Below are positions 12,419-27,400 of a stretch of 64,000 bases of DNA, piece by piece. The notes under the pieces were generated by a model. That model saw only the letters and a program-made list of their open reading frames with translations, was not told where the DNA came from and made no database searches. The DNA comes from Phoronis australis. Taxonomy: Eukaryota; Animalia; Phoronida. The DNA lies in contig NMRA01000751.1 of assembly GCA_002633005.1 (NCBI GenBank), forward strand, positions 10,629 through 74,628, given 5' to 3'. Each line of letters begins with the position of its first letter. Positions within the stretch are counted from its first letter, which is position 1. The position numbers and the translations under genes are program-made.

Positions 12419-15400
12419 CTGGAGTGAAGAAAACAACAACTGAATACACGTGTACAAAGGGTGTTTTCACGAACCAACGATGACAAGCCAAGGTGAAATG
12501 ACTATACAGGATGGATCTGTACATCGATTTTATAGCTTATTTTTTACTGGTACCTTGGTATTATTGATCATCCTTACTTTTAATTTGTATCTCTGCCTAT
12601 CTCTATCAGTGTTTGTGCAGTGTGTGGTATTGTATTGCTTTTGTGGTCAAGCTTTGGCAGCTCTCTAGCTGTCAAGCACACGACTTTTACTTTGTGAAAA
12701 ATGGCAGATGTGTGGCCTCACGCAGGATTTACATTCTCAATGAAATTTTGCTCTGTGGTAATCTTCCATACACAGACCTGTGTCAAGAGAGACGCAGACC
12801 ACTAAGCACAGCCTCGTAAGTCGCTGGTACAGTAGTTAAAAAAAGTTGACAAAATCACTCCTCATTGAAAATTTTTAGTCAGAAACTTTACATTTTTATT
12901 TTCAATTGGTTTAATGCTATGCTAATGTCGTCTGCTCTTCGTTAGGTACTCGGCGTAACTTTGAAGAAAGCAAAAACGGTTTAACTGACAAATGTATTGC
13001 CTGAAACTTTTTGATGACTTGTTTTGAAGTTGTTCAATACTGCTGCATGTTTCATAGTGCATTCATTCTAAAATTTATCAAGCACGTTAAAATGTGACAC
13101 ATGGATAAAATAATTTCAATATCGTACATGCCCATATTTAGACTCGTGGGTCTATCTGCATCCTTTATGGGTATCACTTAATTAAAATTAAGGAACAAAT
13201 TTCTAAATGAATGACTTATCGTATTCGTCCCTAATAAGTGCCCAGGGCGTTTAGAAAAATTTGCTTCAGGAAGGGGGGCGCTTATTATAGCCCAAAGTGG
13301 TTGAAACAGTCTACGAAACAGGTGAAATTATCGTAAGCTAAAATTCGTCAAATTTACACTCTGTGACGCATCTGTAACCTATGACAGAATTCTACAAAAT
13401 TGCAGTGCATTGCTATCAAAATTTGTTGTTAAATTAAGAGCATTTTCTGAAAATCCAAGTGCGAAAACAGGTCAGAAATAAGAAGAACAACAATAACACT
13501 TGTCTTTATCACTCAGGACTTTTAAGCACCTGTGAAAAAGGTGAGATGGCATCTGTATGAATTCTCACGTGGTAAGAACTGGACAAATGCAAAGATGAGG
13601 TATGACAAATTAATGTATCAAGGTTGTGTTTATGTGTACAATGACAAGTCAGACGAGGTGATGGAGCGCAAGCCAATGGTTATGGTTTCTGGACAACCCC
13701 CTGAAACTGGTGTTTATGAACCTGAAGTGAATGGCGCAGTACGTTACTAGTAGTCAGGCCATAGCTCTGCACTGTCAATGGTTTCTTGGAATGCACAAGG
13801 ATTAGAAAAAAAATTGTTAGTAGTAGTCAGGCCATAGCCCTGCACTGTCAATGGTTTCTTGGAATGCACAAGGATTAGAAAAAAAATTGTTAGTAGTAGT
13901 CAGGCCATAGCCCTGCACTGTCAATGGTTTCTTGGAATGCACAAGGATTAGAAAAAAAAATGTTAGTAGTAGTCAGGCCATAGCCTTGCACTGTCAATGG
14001 TTTCTTGGAATGCACAAGGATTAGAAAAAAAATTGTTAGGGACGAAGCTCAAACATATTTATTTATTTACGATATCATTTGTATTTGTGAAACATGAGCA
14101 AAACGTTCCAGTCAATTTAGTTGTATGGCTATGACTCCTTTAATTTTTGTTATGAAAAGAAAAAAGAAAAGGTAGATACTCTGGAGGTGTTAGAGTTTTC
14201 ATTAGACAGGCAATTTCCAAATATTTCAAGAGCGTAGATTCTCAGTTTCCCTTTGGTATTTGTTTGAAACGTAAAATAGAACTATTTGGCGCTGTCCAGG
14301 GTTTTTTAATGTTTTTTTTTTGTTAATTTACTCCCAGAGGGTTCAACTTCCTATGTTGATGGTACACGAACACCTGAAAACAGTGGTATCTTATTGTTGC
14401 ATTGAGAGATTATAAAATCGATAGATCTTTTCAGTGATTGTTCGTTGGCTATTGTGTGCGATCTCAATGCCAGAACAGGAAATCTGATAGACTTCATTTA
14501 GATGATAGCCTAAAATATTTAACATGCCAGGACTAATATGAAGCGGAAACTTTTAGTTTGCCTAAGAATTCTAAGGACTAAGTTGTAAACAATTTCCATA
14601 ACATTCTTATTGCGTTGTGTCACAAATTTTGTATTCAAATATTTCTACGATAGTCAGATCCATCCGGAAATCAACATCGATTATGCTCTGCTCATTAGGA
14701 ACACATAGGTGAGCTTACATGAAGATCCATCAAATCAAACACAATGACAATTCGCCATTAGGGGGAGAAACAGTAGCTAGATCTATCCAATTAATATACA
14801 TCAGCAATGTTTTCCTGAACAAGAACATGTATGCCAAAATTCATGATGATGAATCAAAAACCTTGTCAGATATTGGTAGATTCCGAGGCGAGGGTAAAAA
14901 AATAAAATTGCCAGTAAGATCCTTCAGAAAGTCCGGCACATGCTTCCATCAGCATTATAGGAACACATCTGTTAAATATCATGATGACCCTGGAAGGGGT
15001 TTAAGAGATAGAGTAGGAGATGTCAGACAATGGATGCCATATGCCCAGAGATGACACCAATATTCACCCATGCATATATGGTGACAAATTTCCTTCATAT
15101 CAACACACAGTATTGCAATATACAACACACAGTATTGCACTATACAACACATAGTATTGCAATATACAACACACAGTATTGCACTATACAACACATAGTA
15201 TTGCAATATACAACACACAGTATTGCATTATACAACACATAGTATTGCAATATACATGAGGGTGGATTGAGCAATGTTGCACAGCAGAATCACATTCAGT
15301 GTGAGAGAAATGGCAGTTGTACTCACAGCATTGCACAGTGCCTCAAGGTGGACAACCTGCAGTTTCTGGTTCACCTCCTTCTGTCGGCAATTGAACCAGC

Positions 15401-18400
15401 CTTCAAAGTTGGACGACCTGAAGAACTTTCTAAAAGAGTTGGGTAGAAAGAAAACAGAAAGATGATACCAGCTGATTGCCTAGTGTTACAAAAGAGCAAT
15501 CATAAGGAACCAACAAAAAAAACAGTGTCAGTGGTTTTTCAAATAAGATCAACGCAAAACGTTGAAATGCACCCACAACTGCACTGTTAATGATATGCTT
15601 CTACAGGAATTTACTACTATCATAAAAATGATCACTGAATGGCGCACAATACGTCGAACTCATCCAAAAAAGGAAAGTTTCATTATCTACTCAATAGAAA
15701 ACCTTTTCTTAAATTTCATGAAAATCTGTCAAGTAACCCTAATAAAATATACAGAGGCAAATGCAAAAAAAATCCAATTGCCACAAGCAAGCACAGTAAT
15801 AGACAAAATTGTCAAATTCATAAGAATAAACTTGCCAAATTAAACAAAGATTTGCAAGGGGTTTCCGAGATACGCCCGCAAATGCAAAAAAAAGTGCCAC
15901 TATTGGACACCATAGTAGCGGGTTCCGTCCGAAAATCAAGTCATGCTCTCGTCAGTAGGACCATATTTTTCATAATGATCTTGTAAGCAATTTGGCGGAC
16001 ACAGAGGCAGATCTCTCAATAAAAATGGCTGTTAGGTGGCATCCTAAAATGGAAGGCCACTGTCTCCTAAATAATAGAAAATGACTTGGCAATTTTCATG
16101 AAAAACCACCAACTCTGAAGATACAAGGACAAGCGTAAAAATCTAAAATTGCCACTAGGGGTTCTACGGTTACAGTAATAGAATCGGTCTGAAACTTGTT
16201 GTCATCCATCATCAGTTTCATAGAAAAACATCTGGCAAATCTTTAGGAGATAAAGATGCCAAATGCACAGACAGAAATGACGGCATCACGCATCCACGCA
16301 TATAAATATTTGGGCACATAATAATACCAATATTTCACAATACAACCTCTAGTACCGGAAAGGCAGGACTGGTATTAAATTCATACAAAATTCAAGATTT
16401 TCATAGTATCTTTAGAATTTTCATCAACATGTATCTGATAAACTGAAAAACAGGAGCTACAGACAATTGTCCATCACAGCAATCGACAAACCACTATTAT
16501 TAGAATGAACAATAAATAACCACATGAACCCCACAGGTGTTCACTTGAATCATAGAAAATGCACAAAGTTTCGCAGCAGAAAAATAAATAAATATGGACT
16601 TCCAAACTTCCTCTAAGATATTTTTCCAACAATGCAAGCTGTAAAACTGGGCCGATACATACACTAGACCAATTCACAGCATGCTGCCCAGTTCAAGCAA
16701 ATGTAACTCACTTATAAAGGCCAACCCAGTCTCCCTTGATTCCAGAAGTCAACTGGGGACCAGACTGGTCGAGTGTGCGCAGAAAATCATCCTGAGAGAA
16801 TGGCTTCAGTTCTGGAGGTCCCCGATGGGGCGAGACACTCCGCTGCAGCGGCATCAGACTAGCCATGTATCTTTCCTACATGGGAAGAACGGGTGATGGA
16901 ATTAAGTCTTGCACACACGCATAGAGGACATAACTGGAACAAGTTGGCTTTTAGGGGATTCTCTTTTTTGTACGTCACTGACACCTATGTGCAAAGATTT
17001 CTCATCCCAGAATAAACTTATTCACAAAATTAAGATCATTCAGGTGCTAAGTAGTCCAATGAAAACTGAACACTACATATGACATATATACCCTCCTTCT
17101 GAACAAGTGCCAATAAATGCTCTTTAAAGTGTCAAATTGGACCCGTTGTTTTTAAAAAAAGTGCCTGCTTTGGTTTTAAAGCTTACACAGATTCCTTGTC
17201 AAATGAGCATTTGTTACTGGGTGACAAAGGAGAGATGTGAACACAATGTGGTAACAATCTTTTTGTGTTTAAAGATAAACCATGTGAATATTTTTAAAAT
17301 TCCTTTACGTCCAATAAATCTGAGAGTGATCACTCAATTACAATTTCCAAAACTTTCAAATGAAAAAATTTCACTTTGAAACGTGAGCTTTTGTACTTTT
17401 CAATCAAAAAATGTCAACTTTCATTTTCAAATGATGCATGGTGCCGTGCAGGTAGCACTGTGGACTTCTTCCCCACAGGATGATCAGCATACATCGTATT
17501 TTGCTAAATGTAACATAATTCCTTGTATTTCATTTGTCCCCAAAAGTGCGACTGACATCTTGATATGATTTCGAAAGCAGTGCACTTTTCTTTGGTCAGT
17601 CATTTACAAACTGAATTCAACTGACAATTCACGGAAGAGGAAGCCCGATATGCAAACTACATCATACACTGCTACTTAAGATACGTCACACCATGTAACC
17701 TGGAGTATTTCTGTTATTTACCGTTTCCCCTTCCGAGCTTCACATACCTTGTTTCAAAAATCCAGATACTCCGAGACCCATTTTGGACTTTAAACTGAGT
17801 GTTTTAAAATAGAAATAAATGCTTAAAGTCGACTTTTACTGAACATGCGTAGACTACAAATCAACCAGAAGGAGTTGAGAGCCCTGAACAATATACCCAA
17901 ACCTTTTCACTCCTTGCTTCACAACTTTCACAGCACACACAACTTGTTCTTCAGCTAAAAACAACCAACACATAACAAGATATCGCTAGATCGCCTCAGC
18001 ACAAACTCGAGGCCCTTACCAGAGGAATCATGAAACTCTGTGTCAGCTCCAGCAGAAATCGCCTCAGCATTGCATTCTGTACCTCCAACGGCCTCTTAGT
18101 CTGTATTCCCTACAGAGAACAGACACACTGTTCACACGGTCTCAAATGATGCATGAATACTGTTCACAAGGTAACAACCATGTGGACAGCTAACATGAGG
18201 TCAAAGTTCACAGTCAATCTAACAAATATGGGTTCATAAGCGCGAACATAACTTTTTTTCAGAGACAGTAATTGCAATTTAAAAAGAGGTTATTGGTTAA
18301 AATTACAAACTTGAAAAATATTTATTATTGAGCTCAACGCAACAAGATTACTGTTTATAAGAAGTCGTTCTAGATCTTTTTAAGCTTGGATGCATGCATT

Positions 18401-21400
18401 TGAAAAATCACAAACTCTTATTTAGCAACCAAATACTTTCAATAACTCAACAAAAAGCACTCAAACAAAAACTGATTTTACAGATTACAGTGTCTCTGTG
18501 CAGAAACGTGTGTTGAAACAGAAAAACTGTGATGAAACTCAAAGGATTTACAGTGACTGCAACTTTTGAATTGTAAACATAGTTCTTGAGAGAGTACTGC
18601 ATTACCTTGAGTAACCTTTTGAGTATTGTTTTATCCTTGTTGAGGAAGGGTTTGTATCTTGTGTAAACACCTGAAACGTAAAATTCAGTGCACGCTTTCA
18701 ACAGATATCCACGCAACAATAAGTCCAACCAATTTCATAATTATTTAACTATTGGTCACAGTAGTGTTCGCCTACTACAAGAGATATGTAAAACAATTCA
18801 ATTCAACAAAGTCATGGCTTAAGTGACTATGTATTCATGTTCCACGAGTTTCTTCTCCCATTTTAAGCGGACATAGAGCATTTCTGATAGTAGCCAAGCA
18901 TAGTCAAATAACTGAAATCAAAATGTCATGCGCAAAATGATGGTTTCAATCCACAAATTTCTCCAAGAGTTTTTAGTGCCTTTTTACCGTGCCAGAAAAT
19001 ATTTTTGTCATTTTTCAAGTTTTCGTTGAACATGCTGAAGCAGTTCTAAGATGATAATGCCGAGTTTCACCAATCTGTTAACAAATCGTATGCAATCCAT
19101 GCTACCAGCAAATTCACTTAATTGATCATCAAGATGAAACACTAAAATGCGTGTGCTACTGTATAACATGATCTCAGTCACACAGTGACTAAAACAAGAG
19201 AATGAAGCGCCCTCTGATGCGGTGATCTCATCAAGTCTTATTGCCACTGCTGGCAGTCTGTGGTAGATGCCCGCCGAGTTTTACCATCAGCATAACCTCA
19301 GCACTAAATCCAGGGATGCTGCCAGTACAATCACCTCATAGCTACTTCAACAAGATCAACGCGGAGCATTGAAATGTGCCCACGACTGCAACGCAAATGT
19401 TGTGCTTCCGATTGTGTTTTTTTTTTAGTATCATAAAAATGGCCATTAGATGAAACAGAATATGTCAAAGCTGGAAAGCCTCGTCATCTCTCTGTGAAAA
19501 AAGTGTATGAATTCGCCAATGGCGAGCTGGCTGACGCGAGCCTAGGATATATAGCGTATCCATTGTTCACTTTGTTTTTCTTTCTTACAATAAAGATAAT
19601 GGCAAGCATTTATTGGTAACCGGATGATGTGCGACCAAGCTACAATATCTGTGTGACCTGTATTGTTATGTCTAACAAAGACATAACAAGGGAAAATAAT
19701 GGAAGTGTCCCGACGATAACCATGCAATGCACTTACGCCAGTCGCATGGATCTCGCAAAACATTTTACCTTGCCACATCGATACATCACATGGCATGCGT
19801 AAAATAGTTACAAAGCGGCACACAATACACTGAATCTGTCCGAAATGGAAAGGCATAATTGTCGCCTTAATAGAAATCTATTTGCCAAATTTCATAAAAA
19901 TCCATCAATGAAATCCAAAGACACTAAAATTGTCACTAGGAGGCAGAGCAGTAATCATAGTCGACCAAAGCTCGTAATAATCTGTCGTCAGCTTCATAGA
20001 AACGCATCTGTCAAATCTCATTACGATCCTGCAAGAGGCTTAGGAGATACAGCAATGGACGCCGGACTCCCAGATAGAAATTACAGCAATATGCACCCAC
20101 ATATAAATATGTGAGCGCATAAAAATGACAAACGTTGCACTTGGTCACTAGCTTTCTAGTGGATTTCTCATTGAGGATGAACAGAGTTATTGGACTTATT
20201 GGTATGCACTGCAGACTTTTCGAGTCCTGCCATAGGACGAACTGCCAGCCAGACACCACATTCAATTGATTCACAAGTTTAGTCACTGAATGCCACTGTT
20301 TACAAACTGCCATGCTGAATGTGAAATGACTAACTATTGACTACAGTTAGTTACCTGGTTTGGAGTCAAGTGTTTTCAAACTGCTAAAACTACTGGACTT
20401 CTTGATCTTGTTCGACAAGGCCAGACCCAGTTTAGGGGGTGCTAAAAAGGTCAAAGTTACAAGGTTAAACTTCCCGTGAGAAACGAGAGGTCATGCCCAG
20501 CCAACAGGCATAGCAGAAGCAGGGCAGGCAAGTTTACAACAAACACAGGTGGGTAATAGGACATCGTTAGTAAAGGTGAATTCGTGAAACATAAGCAATG
20601 CAAAGCTTTAAAATGTTCCCACGATTGAATCGGCAAACAGAATACGAGGAGTTTTTACAAGTTTAATATAACATAATTTCATAGGTTAATTTAGCCACTA
20701 TGACCAGCTGAAAATCGATTGATGCTGACATATTCCGGCCATTCACTTTTCAGCCAATGTATAAAAAATCTGCAAAGCCATTTTGACGATAATCAGCAGA
20801 CAATCAATATCCACTATAGAACTAAAATGGCCAACAGGGGATCTACAGTAGTCCAATCTGTCCAATGATAAATTGATGGTGCCGCAGCCCTGATGTTAAG
20901 TTAAAATCTTTAAGCCAAAATTTTGACAACAATCAAAAGACAAGTAATACCTAGTCAAAATGTACTAAATAATTGTGGTTTTAATTGTTAAATGCTCACG
21001 ACATGCATCAACTCCAAGCTACTATTTACGTACACTGATTTAAAGGGGCTATAAACATGTATTCCAATAAGATTATGACATATGGACAGCTAACTCTGTG
21101 TATTTTCATTGCAGAAGATCTGTGATGCTGCATGCAAGCCACGAAGTCACTATTCAGCCTGCCGGGTTAGCCAATTTTAATTCCGGCATGTACTGTAAGC
21201 AAACAACAAAAGCAGCCAGAGTTAAAAAGCTTTGGTTGAATTTTGAGTTATTGCACTACCATAACTACTGGAAAAATTGCGAACAACCCCAAGAACTGTA
21301 ATAAAGAAAGTTGCCAAAATGTTTTCATTCGTACAGCTAGGCAATACAAAAGTACCAGAAGTTTCTGTCCACAAGAAATCAGTGGCCTCTGTTGGTAATT

Positions 21401-24400
21401 TCCTGAGCTATTGTTTATGATTTATGATACCATCAATGAAATTAACTTTTGATTTACATCATTGACAGTTTTACGTGTTGCCTACTAAGATGAAAAGTTG
21501 TATCAAGACTTGGAAAGAGCTGTCAGTATATGATTGCTTGATCCATGTTCAGGGTATATGCTTGTTTGAGAACCATGTTCAGGGCTTATAGAGTGATCTG
21601 CCGTGAGAAGTGAACTTCTTGAGGCTGTTCTTAACCAATAAAAACTGGGCCCAAACCATCTCTACTTTGAGAAAGGAACTTGTCTAGTGGAGAACTGTAA
21701 GAGTTCTTAATCAGTGTTTGATGTTAGGCAAGTCAAAAACAGCTTTAACATATAAGAATTACACTTTGAGCTGTTCCACTAGAATCAGTACGGAAGAGGG
21801 GTGACTCCCGATATAAAAACTGTGGATGGTTGTGTTTAGAGTACACAAAAAGTACTTGGTGTTCTCGTAAAAGACACCAAGTATGTTTTTGGTACAAAAG
21901 TTTGAAGCAGTGTATCAAATGTCCCCTGCAACAAAGTACTCGCACACCGAGCTTAATTTTCATGTATTATCAAGAATAAAATGATGTTGCACTGCCATTA
22001 ATTTTGCACCTCGTAACTCTGAATGATACATATCGGTTGGGATCTTTTACTGAAACACAAGTAATTTTAGTGACCAAACATAATATTTAAAAAATAATTG
22101 GCAGTTGCTCATTATGGGTGGAGGGTTAGGAAAATAAAACAAAAATATAGGTGGCGGGTGAAAAAAGTGCCCTATCCTCTACCATATGGATTTTACTTGA
22201 ACAAACATAGAATTTTTGGTTCTGCTTCAACAGGAACTACACTACAAGCCACAAGGCGGAGTACTGAGAGAGAATAACTCACGTTCTGCGACAGTGTCTC
22301 CAATACGTATAATATGTGGCCAGTGTTGAAGAGTTTTGGCAAAGAACGGATTTGTGACCCCCAGTATGACCGAGGGACTGAAACAGAATGCGATGGAATC
22401 AACAATAACAAAATACGTCCATCAGTAATAACAAAACATGTTCATCTGTCATGTGTGTACTTTTTTTCTCAATCTTTAGATGTTTGCAAAACAATTAAAT
22501 GTAACTTTGTAGTAGAAAAATACGTAACATGTTTAGAAAATAGACTTCGTAGAATAGCCCATGCAAGGTTTAGACGCTCCGCGCATTTATTAATGATTAT
22601 TCAGGGAAGGTTCAGTGGATTTGACAGAGAAGACAGATTATGTCCCTGCTGTGACAGTGGGAAAGTGGAAACGGAATTCCACTTTCTTCTCGAACGCAAT
22701 TTATATTGGGATTTACTAGTGCAGTTTTTACCAAGGTACGATAAGGTGGAAGATATAGTATTCAGAAATTTTCTACAGACTCATGACTTAAATGTTCTGA
22801 AAAAAGTTGCTCGATATTTAATTAACGCAGAGAAACGTCTTGATATGAATTAATTTAGATAAGAAAAATTATTGTACTCTCTTTGTGTTATATATTGTAA
22901 TGTGGGCCGGAGGCCTGTTACATGAAATAAACCTATTACTAATGCAAATCTTCAAGTCTTCCAAAGAAGCAGCTCATTTTCTCCACGTCAAACAATTCTT
23001 GTACTTTTATACAAGTGCTATGGAAGCGGTCGACTTTAAATGAATAGCATGGCTTTGGAATAGATACTGGATCAAACTGTAAGAGTCCAAGGTGCTTACT
23101 GAGTTAAGTAATGTATCTAATATTAATTATTAAAAGTTGCTATTTTAAATAGCAATCAGCTGTATGACATGCTCTGGATAAAAAAATGCTTTATGAACAA
23201 GATTATCGTGATTGCAATTATAGCATATTTCAGTAATTACTGCTACAATTAATATCAATATTATTTCTCACAAGGGCAAAACTTACGGTGCTTGTGTTTT
23301 AGTTGTGTACTCCTTAAACTCACTGTCGTGAATAGTGAAGAATGGTCGATAGTCGGTACACAACTTGAGAGGCCAGATCATGCTGTAAAAGTGAATTAGA
23401 CGTCAAACACAGGATGAAACACTAACAAAAGCAACACAACTTATTTTTGCACCATTTTTCATACTTTTCTTAAGCATTTTTACTTGCAAAAGCACTGGGT
23501 GTTCTTTGTGACAATGGAATAAAGTCCTACCACGGTACGGACAATAAAGTCCTACCTCAGTATAGATAATAAAGACCTACCTTACTGTACATAATAAAGT
23601 CCTACCTCACTATAGATAATAAAGACCTACCTCAGTACTAACAATGAAGTCCTACATCAGTGCGGATAATAAAGACCTACCTCAGTATGGATAACAAAGA
23701 CATACTTCAGTATGAATAATGAAGTCCCACCACATTACAGACAATTTCGATTAGTTCCCCAGTCATTTCTATTTAATTTACACACAGTTTAACATAACAA
23801 ACTGCAGTTTTTGGCATCTGACAGGGAAAGAACATCATTTTACTACTTTTAGCATTTCATTATAAGTGACATACACTAGCTGTACTTATGGGCTTCACGG
23901 TTATCAAAAGTGGAAGGGATGCATGGTCGATCACGTCCAATGTTTTTCAGTGATAAGAGAAAACATTAATAACGGGGATCGAGTAAAATGCAATGAACTT
24001 TATAGTTGATAAGCAAGCTTTATAAATGACACTGAGGTTAAAGTTGGGGTGAGCTTACATCTGCCAGAATTTGACACTTGATGAAAATGTCGTGGCACGT
24101 TTAGCACGCTCCATCAGTAATAACACTGTAGTCTCAACGCAACAGCGTTTAATTGGACCCGTGAATTTTCATGAATGACTTAAAATGACATTCTATTCTT
24201 TCTGTGCCATTTCTGAGCATTGAAAATATAACATCTTGAAAAATATTACAGTCGTTTTCGTGAATTTTAGAATATGGACATATAAATACTCTTCCACGAT
24301 AAACAAATGTGAGCATTTGCCGTTGCTTGTTCTAACATTTATACAGTAGCTACAGCTAATTGCGGATGCACTCCTGCATGAAAAATTGGGCAAACCCAAT

Positions 24401-27400
24401 TTAGATTTCTTAGAAAGAGTGTATGAGTACCATAGGAATCACTGCCACCTCCTTTCATGAAAATCTGTGCACCCAATTTCGATACGCAAGTATTTAAATC
24501 AGAATGTCATTACTTTGGAACACTTTGTATAACAATTAACAAGTATTAAAATCTATGTCTCGTGCTACCTTACGTTCCTAAATTAAAGTAAGAGTCAATG
24601 ATTTGATGCATACCCCACTAAAGCTTGCACTGTGTTGGCACAAACAGTTGGCAGCGTTGCCATGACAACGAGCGGTTCCGCGGTTAATACTATCTCCCAC
24701 AGCATTTGCAAATGTGGCAGCACTGGTTGGAAGGCTGTGAATGAGTCGACCTCGTGCAGCGTTGGCAAGATGGTGTGGATGCGGAGACTAGAAGACTATA
24801 ATTGAACAACATCAATTTCACATCTGCAGAAAGTGAACAACTTTCTAGAATGTTCTTTTCTGAAGCAATGGTGATTGATTGTATGGGACAGCTGACTACT
24901 ACTGTCCTCTAAATGACGAGGGGATAACCTCACTTTTGTGTAAAAGACTACAGTATTCCTAAATCCACAATACAATTTGTTTAATGAGTCATAGAAGCAC
25001 CTCTGTACACACCATGGGGCAACATGATCAACCACCACTGCTTTGTTTAAGGTGAACAAAGATCGCAGGTACTTTAACCTAACCATGTCTAGCTATTTTT
25101 AAACGCAACAAAAAATTTTAACTCTTGGTACCGCAATTGTTCATGACCGATAATTTGGTGATAAAAATCACCAAAAAAAAGAATAACAAACATTAAAATA
25201 TCCACAATGACACCGTTTGGTGTAATGGGAAATGTTTCACTATCATGTGAAACTTCATGTGATGAGATGAAGACAGACTAAAAGGAATGTCAATGTATCA
25301 GACCATTTCAGTCTTAGTGATACTTTTTGTTTGCTAAAACCAGGCATTCCAACTTATAATCCAAATTAAATCCATAAATTTTCTCTTTTTTGAAATAGGC
25401 AGACTTATTATTACGTTAGCTGGGTGCATGTCATAACAAGCAATAACAAGAGCAACGCAGAGCCTTGAAATGTGCCCGTGAATACACTGCAAACGGTGTG
25501 CTTCTAGGGTTGTTTATTTGTTTCGTAAAAATGGCCACTAGATGGCGTAAAAACGTCCAATCCACCTGAAAACGGGAACACTTCTTTAATAGAAAGCTAT
25601 TTACCAAATTTCATAAACATCTTTCAGAGAAACCAAGAAAAACGGAAAAAACGAAATTGCCACTATCGGGCACAGCATTCGTTGGATCTGCCTGAAAGAC
25701 GTCTTCGTCTGTTGTGAGGTTGATATAAATACAATTACTAAATTTAATAAAAATCCTGCAGTGGGTTTAGGAGATGCAGCTTTGGGAGCAAAACAAAACA
25801 AAACTATCACTAGGAGGCGCCACAGCAGTTGAAGTTGTCATCGTTAACCGTCCTCTTCACTGAGAACATATACGCCAATTTTCAAAGTCATCCTTAGAAT
25901 GGTTTGGTTGATCGAGAGGTGGACGCCAAAAAAGAGACTAAAAAATACCTAAAATGTCCACTAGGTGGCGCAAAGTACCTCGATTCCATCCAAAAATGGG
26001 AGGATAACATCATCTTACCAATAGATGTCTACATTCCAAATTTTCTGAAAATCCATAAAGACCTTTGAAGATAAAGAGGTAAACCTTAAAAACTAAAATT
26101 GCCACTAGGGGGCACACCAGTTGTCAGATCCGTCTGCAAGTTGTCGTCATCGGTTGTCAACATCATATAAATATACTTGCTAAATTTAGTAAAAATCCAG
26201 CAAACGGTGTAGGAGATACAGCCATGGGCGCAAAAAAACAAAACTATCACTTGGAGGCGCCACAGTAGTCGAAGTCATTGAAAAATCGTCATCAGCCATC
26301 CTATTCGTAGTAAAAACATACATGTCAATTTTCACAATTATCCTTAGAGCGGTTTGGTTGACAGAAGGGTGGACGCCTAAAAACAGACTCGAAAACAGCA
26401 AAAATGGCCACTAGGTGGTGCAAACTACGTCGAATCCATCCAAAAACGGGAGGATAGCATCATCTCACTAGTATATGCCTATATGCCAAATTTTATGAAA
26501 ATATTTTGAGGACCTTTGAAGATACAGAGGTAAACGTAAAAAATTAAAACTGCCACTAGGGGGCACACTGATGGTCAGGTCTGTCCGAAAGTTGTCATCG
26601 TTTATTGTCAACATCATATAAATACACTTTATAAATTTAGTAAAGATCCTGCAAACAGTTTAGGAGATACAGCCATGGTCGCAAAAAAAATGCCACTAGG
26701 AGACGCCACAGTAGTAGAAATTGTCGGAAATTCATCTTTAGTCGTCCTCTTCGTAGTAACAACATACATGCCAATTTTCACAATCATCCTTAGAGCGATT
26801 TGATTAAAATCTAAAATTGCCAGTAGGGGCACACCGGTAGTCGGATCCGTCCGAAAGTTTGCTCATGTCGTCCCATTCATGGAAGGAACATATGTGCCAA
26901 ATTTCATGAACATATGTTGAAGGGTTTTAGAAATAGAGCAGCGGATGCTGGAAGCCACACACCAGACGCTGGACGGGGATGACGGCATAATGCATCCACA
27001 TATAAATATGTGGGTGCATAAAAATCACTCACAGGTATTTCTGTTTTCACAGGAACATTTTGACCAATCAGTTTGTCTGTTCTCGATGGTATCCTTATTT
27101 GAATAACCGAGCCCATGATCGGCAGATTGAGAGTTTCACCTGGGCATGGGTCAGGCCATTGATCAATGTCGTGGCAAGCTGTAAGGAAGTTGAAAGTCAT
27201 CATGCAAGGGCATTTTGTGAATATACACAAAGCTGATTGCCACAACTGTTTGACAATCATGAGTTCAAATACATCAACATAATTCTCAATACATCTGGGA
27301 TCTGTTTCGTAAAAGTGACTTAAGACTTAATGTAATTATGAGCCCATCACAGTCTAGAAATAATTTATAAAAATCATCCCACTAACCACCAGTTACTTAG

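Noticed and set aside
22314-22853. 179-aa + strand ORF as a cellular gene
   Set aside because: Its N-terminal part is antisense to DENND6 exon 10 and the rest is a LINE 3' fragment.
24788-24790. Closer TAG acceptor for DENND6 exon 8
   Set aside because: It breaks the reading frame; the acceptor 8 nt upstream (exon start 24795) keeps phase 0.
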